Positions 60,782 to 64,000 of a stretch of 64,000 nt of DNA are shown here, piece by piece (positions within the stretch are counted from its first letter, which is position 1; each line of letters begins with the position of its first letter). The stretch comes from Flavobacteriaceae bacterium. GTDB taxonomy: Bacteria; Bacteroidota; Bacteroidia; Flavobacteriales; Flavobacteriaceae. The notes beneath the pieces are model-generated. The model was not told the origin of the DNA. It worked only from the letters and a program-made list of their open reading frames with translations, and ran no database searches. A program made the translations under genes and the position numbers. The DNA lies in assembly GCA_002721175.1 (NCBI GenBank), contig PBJR01000008.1, positions 108,685 to 172,684 of the forward strand. Direction: 5' to 3'.

Positions 60782-63286
60782 ATGAGAGTTCATATAATAA
60801 TATTTTTTTTTACACTGCATATCTACACGCAGTCAAATCCACCAATGAGTTACTATTTTGGAGACGAAACTACATACAATGAAAAAGTACCAACTCCTGA
60901 ATCAATAATAGGTTACAATATAGGTCAATGGCACTTATCACATGATAAAATCGTAGAATATTTACAAATTCTGTCCGAAAGTTCAAATAGAATCAAATTT
61001 GAAAGTCGAGGAGAAACTTTCGAAGGTCGCCCGCTTATATTACTTATAATAACTAGCGAAAAAAACCACGAAAAACTAAATACTATCAAAAAAGAACATA
61101 TTGATGCCGTGAAACAGCTTAACAAAAAAAAATATGCTGACAGACCAGTTGTTATTTATAGTGGATCCTCAATTCATGGAAACGAATCCAGCGGGGCAAA
61201 CGCTGCAGTTTTAATTGCATACCATTTGGCAGCATCTAAATCTACTAGAATAAATAAATTATTAGAAAATTCTGTAATATTATTAGATCCATGTATGAAT
61301 CCAGATGGTTTACAACGCTTTGCAAATTGGGTAAATAGAAACAAAAGTTTAACAACTAATACAGATTCTAATGATATTGAGTTTAATGAAAATTGGCCAG
61401 GTGCTCGAACAAATCACTACTGGTTTGATTTGAACAGAGACTGGTTACCAGCTCAGCTCCCTGAGTCAAAAGTAAGACTAAAAACATTTCACGAGTGGCT
61501 ACCAAATATTTTGACCGATCACCACGAAATGGGTACTAATTCCACCTTTTTTTTTCAGCCAGGAGTGCCATCCAGAACACACCCTCTCACACCAAAAAAA
61601 AATCAAGAACTTACTGAAGAAATAGGAAAATTTCATATCAGAGCTTTTAACAAATTAGGATCATTTTATTACTCACAAGAAGATTATGATGACTTTTATT
61701 ATGGTAAAGGTTCAACTTATCCAGATATTAATGGTAGCATAGGAATTTTGTTTGAACAAGCAAGTTCTAGAGGCCATGCCCAGGAAAGTGACAATGGAAT
61801 CTTAACTTTTCCATTTACAATACGTAATCAACTTACTGCTAGTTTATCAACTTTTTATGCGGCAAGTGAAATGCGGGAAAAAATATTAGATTACCAAATT
61901 GATTTTTTTATCAATGCAAAAAAAGAAAGATCATCTAAATCTAATGAATGTTATATTTTTGGAGATAATAATGACTCTTCAAAATCATTTCATCTCGCTG
62001 AATTGTTAAATCATCACAAAATTGAAATATTTAAGTTAAAAGAAGACACAAAAATTAATGGATTGGAATTTCATAAAGAAACTAGTTACATAATACCAAA
62101 AAATCAAAAACAAAACAGGCTTTTAACAGCACTGTTTGAAAAGCGAACCGAATTTAAAGACAGCTTGTTTTATGATGTCTCCTCGTGGTCGTTAGATTTA
62201 GCATTCAATGTAAAATTTTACGATAAAGCTAGTTCTAAACTTATAGGTGAAAAAATAAAGTTTAGACTTCCTTCTGGAGAACTAGTTAATGAAAGTAATT
62301 ATGCTTATGTCATGCCATGGAGTGATTATTATAGCCCAAAAGTACTTTATGACCTGATGCAAAGAAAAATCAGGGTAAAAGTTGCATTACAACCATTTTC
62401 AGTCAACGAAAATGACTTTGATTATGGGAGTATTTTGATCCCATTGCAAAATCAAAACTATTCCACAAACGAAATAACAAATATTTTGAGTGAATTAGCA
62501 AAAAATAATAATTTGAAAATTTATGGTCTATCTACTGGGGAAGCTGAAGGACCGGATTTGGGTAGCAGAAAGTTCAAAACATTATCAAAACCGAGAATAG
62601 CTTTATTAGTTGGAAAGGGTATTGATGTATACGATGCAGGAGAAATATGGCATCTTATGGATTCTCGCTATGGCATACCCATAACAAAAATTGATATTTC
62701 AAATTTTAATAAATTAAATTTAAATCGGTACAACTGCATTATTTTACCTAATTCATCGGGACTTGATGAAGGTATCGCATCTAAATTAAAAAAATGGGTC
62801 ATTGATGGTGGAAATCTAATAAGTTATCAAAATAGCGTTAAATGGCTAAATAAAAACATGATGTTTCCTGCCGATTTTGTAAAAAACGAAATAAATAAAA
62901 ATAAAATTTCGTTTGAAGATCGCTCAAAATCAAATGGTGCTCAAATAATTGGAGGTGCTATATTTGAAGTAAATATAGATAGATCACACCCTATCAATTT
63001 TGGATATAAAGATAATAAAATTTCAATTTTTAGAAATACTAGAATCTTTATGAAGCCTAGTGAAATTAGTTACGAGAATCCCCTACTGTACACAAAAAAC
63101 CCACTACTAAGTGGATATATTTCAGAGGAAAATCTTCAAAACTTGAAAGGTACGGTACCTTTTAAATCACACAGTCTGGGTAGTGGAAAAATAGTTGGTT
63201 TTACAGACAATACCAATTTTAGGGCATTTTGGTATGGGACCAACAAGCTCTTATGCAATTCACTATTTTTTAGAAACGAGTTTTAA
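60782..63286 (+). CDS. M14-family zinc carboxypeptidase
   Basis: Motifs IHGNESSG, NPDG..R, NHYWFDLNRDW, DHHEMG; signal peptide. Confidence 0.92.
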   Translation: MRVHIIIFFFTLHIYTQSNPPMSYYFGDETTYNEKVPTPESIIGYNIGQWHLSHDKIVEYLQILSESSNRIKFESRGETFEGRPLILLIITSEKNHEKLNTIKKEHIDAVKQLNKKKYADRPVVIYSGSSIHGNESSGANAAVLIAYHLAASKSTRINKLLENSVILLDPCMNPDGLQRFANWVNRNKSLTTNTDSNDIEFNENWPGARTNHYWFDLNRDWLPAQLPESKVRLKTFHEWLPNILTDHHEMGTNSTFFFQPGVPSRTHPLTPKKNQELTEEIGKFHIRAFNKLGSFYYSQEDYDDFYYGKGSTYPDINGSIGILFEQASSRGHAQESDNGILTFPFTIRNQLTASLSTFYAASEMREKILDYQIDFFINAKKERSSKSNECYIFGDNNDSSKSFHLAELLNHHKIEIFKLKEDTKINGLEFHKETSYIIPKNQKQNRLLTALFEKRTEFKDSLFYDVSSWSLDLAFNVKFYDKASSKLIGEKIKFRLPSGELVNESNYAYVMPWSDYYSPKVLYDLMQRKIRVKVALQPFSVNENDFDYGSILIPLQNQNYSTNEITNILSELAKNNNLKIYGLSTGEAEGPDLGSRKFKTLSKPRIALLVGKGIDVYDAGEIWHLMDSRYGIPITKIDISNFNKLNLNRYNCIILPNSSGLDEGIASKLKKWVIDGGNLISYQNSVKWLNKNMMFPADFVKNEINKNKISFEDRSKSNGAQIIGGAIFEVNIDRSHPINFGYKDNKISIFRNTRIFMKPSEISYENPLLYTKNPLLSGYISEENLQNLKGTVPFKSHSLGSGKIVGFTDNTNFRAFWYGTNKLLCNSLFFRNEF

Positions 63287-63312
63287 AATTAAAAAAAAAG
63301 GAAACTAACTTT

Positions 63313-63870
63313 ATGGCTAGAACTGCATCAAATATGTTACCCATTGGTACGCAAGCACCTAATTTTAATTTATTCGATACTATTGCGGAATCAAAAAAAA
63401 ATTTAAATGAAATCAAAGGGGTTAAGGGAACCGTTATTACATTTATTTGTAATCACTGCCCATTCGTAATTCACATAAATGATAAGTTAGTTAGTGTTGC
63501 AAATGAATACCAAAAATTTGGAATTGGATTTGTCGCGATTTCAAGTAATGATGTTAATAATTACCCTCAAGATGGACCCAATGAGATGAAATTGCAAGCA
63601 TTAAAATTAGGTTATCCATTCCCATACCTTTATGATGAAACCCAAGACATTGCAAAATCATATGATGCTGCTTGTACTCCAGATTTTTTCGTATTTGACA
63701 GTGAATTAAAACTTGTTTATCGCGGACAATTTGATGATTCAAGACCTGAAAACAATATAAATGTGGATGGAAAAGATTTGAAAAATGCTCTAAACTGTCT
63801 AATTACAAATACTTCTAATAATCAAATTCAAAAGCCAAGTATTGGTTGTAACATAAAGTGGAAAAATTAA
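63313..63870 (+). CDS. Thioredoxin-fold AhpC/TSA family protein
   Basis: Motifs FICNHCPFV, YDAACTPDF, YRGQFDDSRP, PSIGCNIKW. Confidence 0.92.
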   Translation: MARTASNMLPIGTQAPNFNLFDTIAESKKNLNEIKGVKGTVITFICNHCPFVIHINDKLVSVANEYQKFGIGFVAISSNDVNNYPQDGPNEMKLQALKLGYPFPYLYDETQDIAKSYDAACTPDFFVFDSELKLVYRGQFDDSRPENNINVDGKDLKNALNCLITNTSNNQIQKPSIGCNIKWKN

Positions 63871-64000
63871 AACTCAGCCATTTTGATGATAAATAAGTTT
63901 TGATGCTTTAAAATAAACCCTGACTGATTAACATAGCCACCACTTTTACTCTTAACGTATTTAAATCTGTTTTCTGTGAACGATGTTTCTGCGGAAGTTA
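63867..64000 (-). CDS. 3' end of an unidentified CDS entering from the right edge
   Basis: Open frame ...TSAETSFTENRFKYVKSKSGGYVNQSGFILKHQNLFIIKMAEF*, stop overlapping the convergent gene's stop; too short to identify. Confidence 0.4.
   Translation of the reverse strand, partial: TSAETSFTENRFKYVKSKSGGYVNQSGFILKHQNLFIIKMAEF

Noticed and set aside
259-63742. Many 60-120 aa ORFs in the track that overlap long genes (e.g. 259-444, 2266-2526, 29237-29512, 55744-56103, 57598-57930)
   Set aside because: Antisense or off-frame shadows of well-supported CDSs with no recognisable motifs; 259-444 and 404-589 lie inside the truncated SSS gene.
1-64000. CRISPR arrays, tRNA/rRNA genes, IS elements, integrases, prophage or defence genes
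   Set aside because: No regularly spaced repeats, cloverleaf-like segments, transposase or recombinase motifs seen; intergenic spaces are short and explained.

Overview
AT-rich window from a Bacteroidota genome, most likely a marine Flavobacteriaceae (SusC/SusD pair, T9SS C-terminal domains, GLPGLI, DUF1573 and DUF3276 genes, TAnnTTTG promoters). Positions ~1-35.3 kb form one large polysaccharide utilization locus (PUL), almost all on the minus strand and truncated at the left edge, pointing to a sulfated xylan or other xylose-rich sulfated glycan. It holds xylA, xylB, GH43, GH10, GH3, GH30, GH5, SSS and GPH sugar transporters, susC/susD, six Cys-type S1 sulfatases and a divergent formylglycine-generating enzyme. 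The most unusual elements are: (1) a sulfatase fused to a divergent GH10 domain; (2) a secreted beta-helix protein with a CBM inserted into a conserved C-terminal motif; (3) a secreted protein made of two tandem unassigned beta-sandwich domains; (4) a decayed AraC-type regulator next to susC, missing from the ORF track, abutting a 41-bp promoter block that is duplicated exactly 4 kb away. The right half is mostly housekeeping (CotH kinase, AtoE-type transporter, alkaline phosphatase, gltBD, porin, ppc, pyrD, pepT, nusB-DUF1573-yajC, ABC exporter, M14 peptidase). No rRNA, tRNA, CRISPR array or mobile element was seen. All family calls are motif-based by eye; no database search was run.
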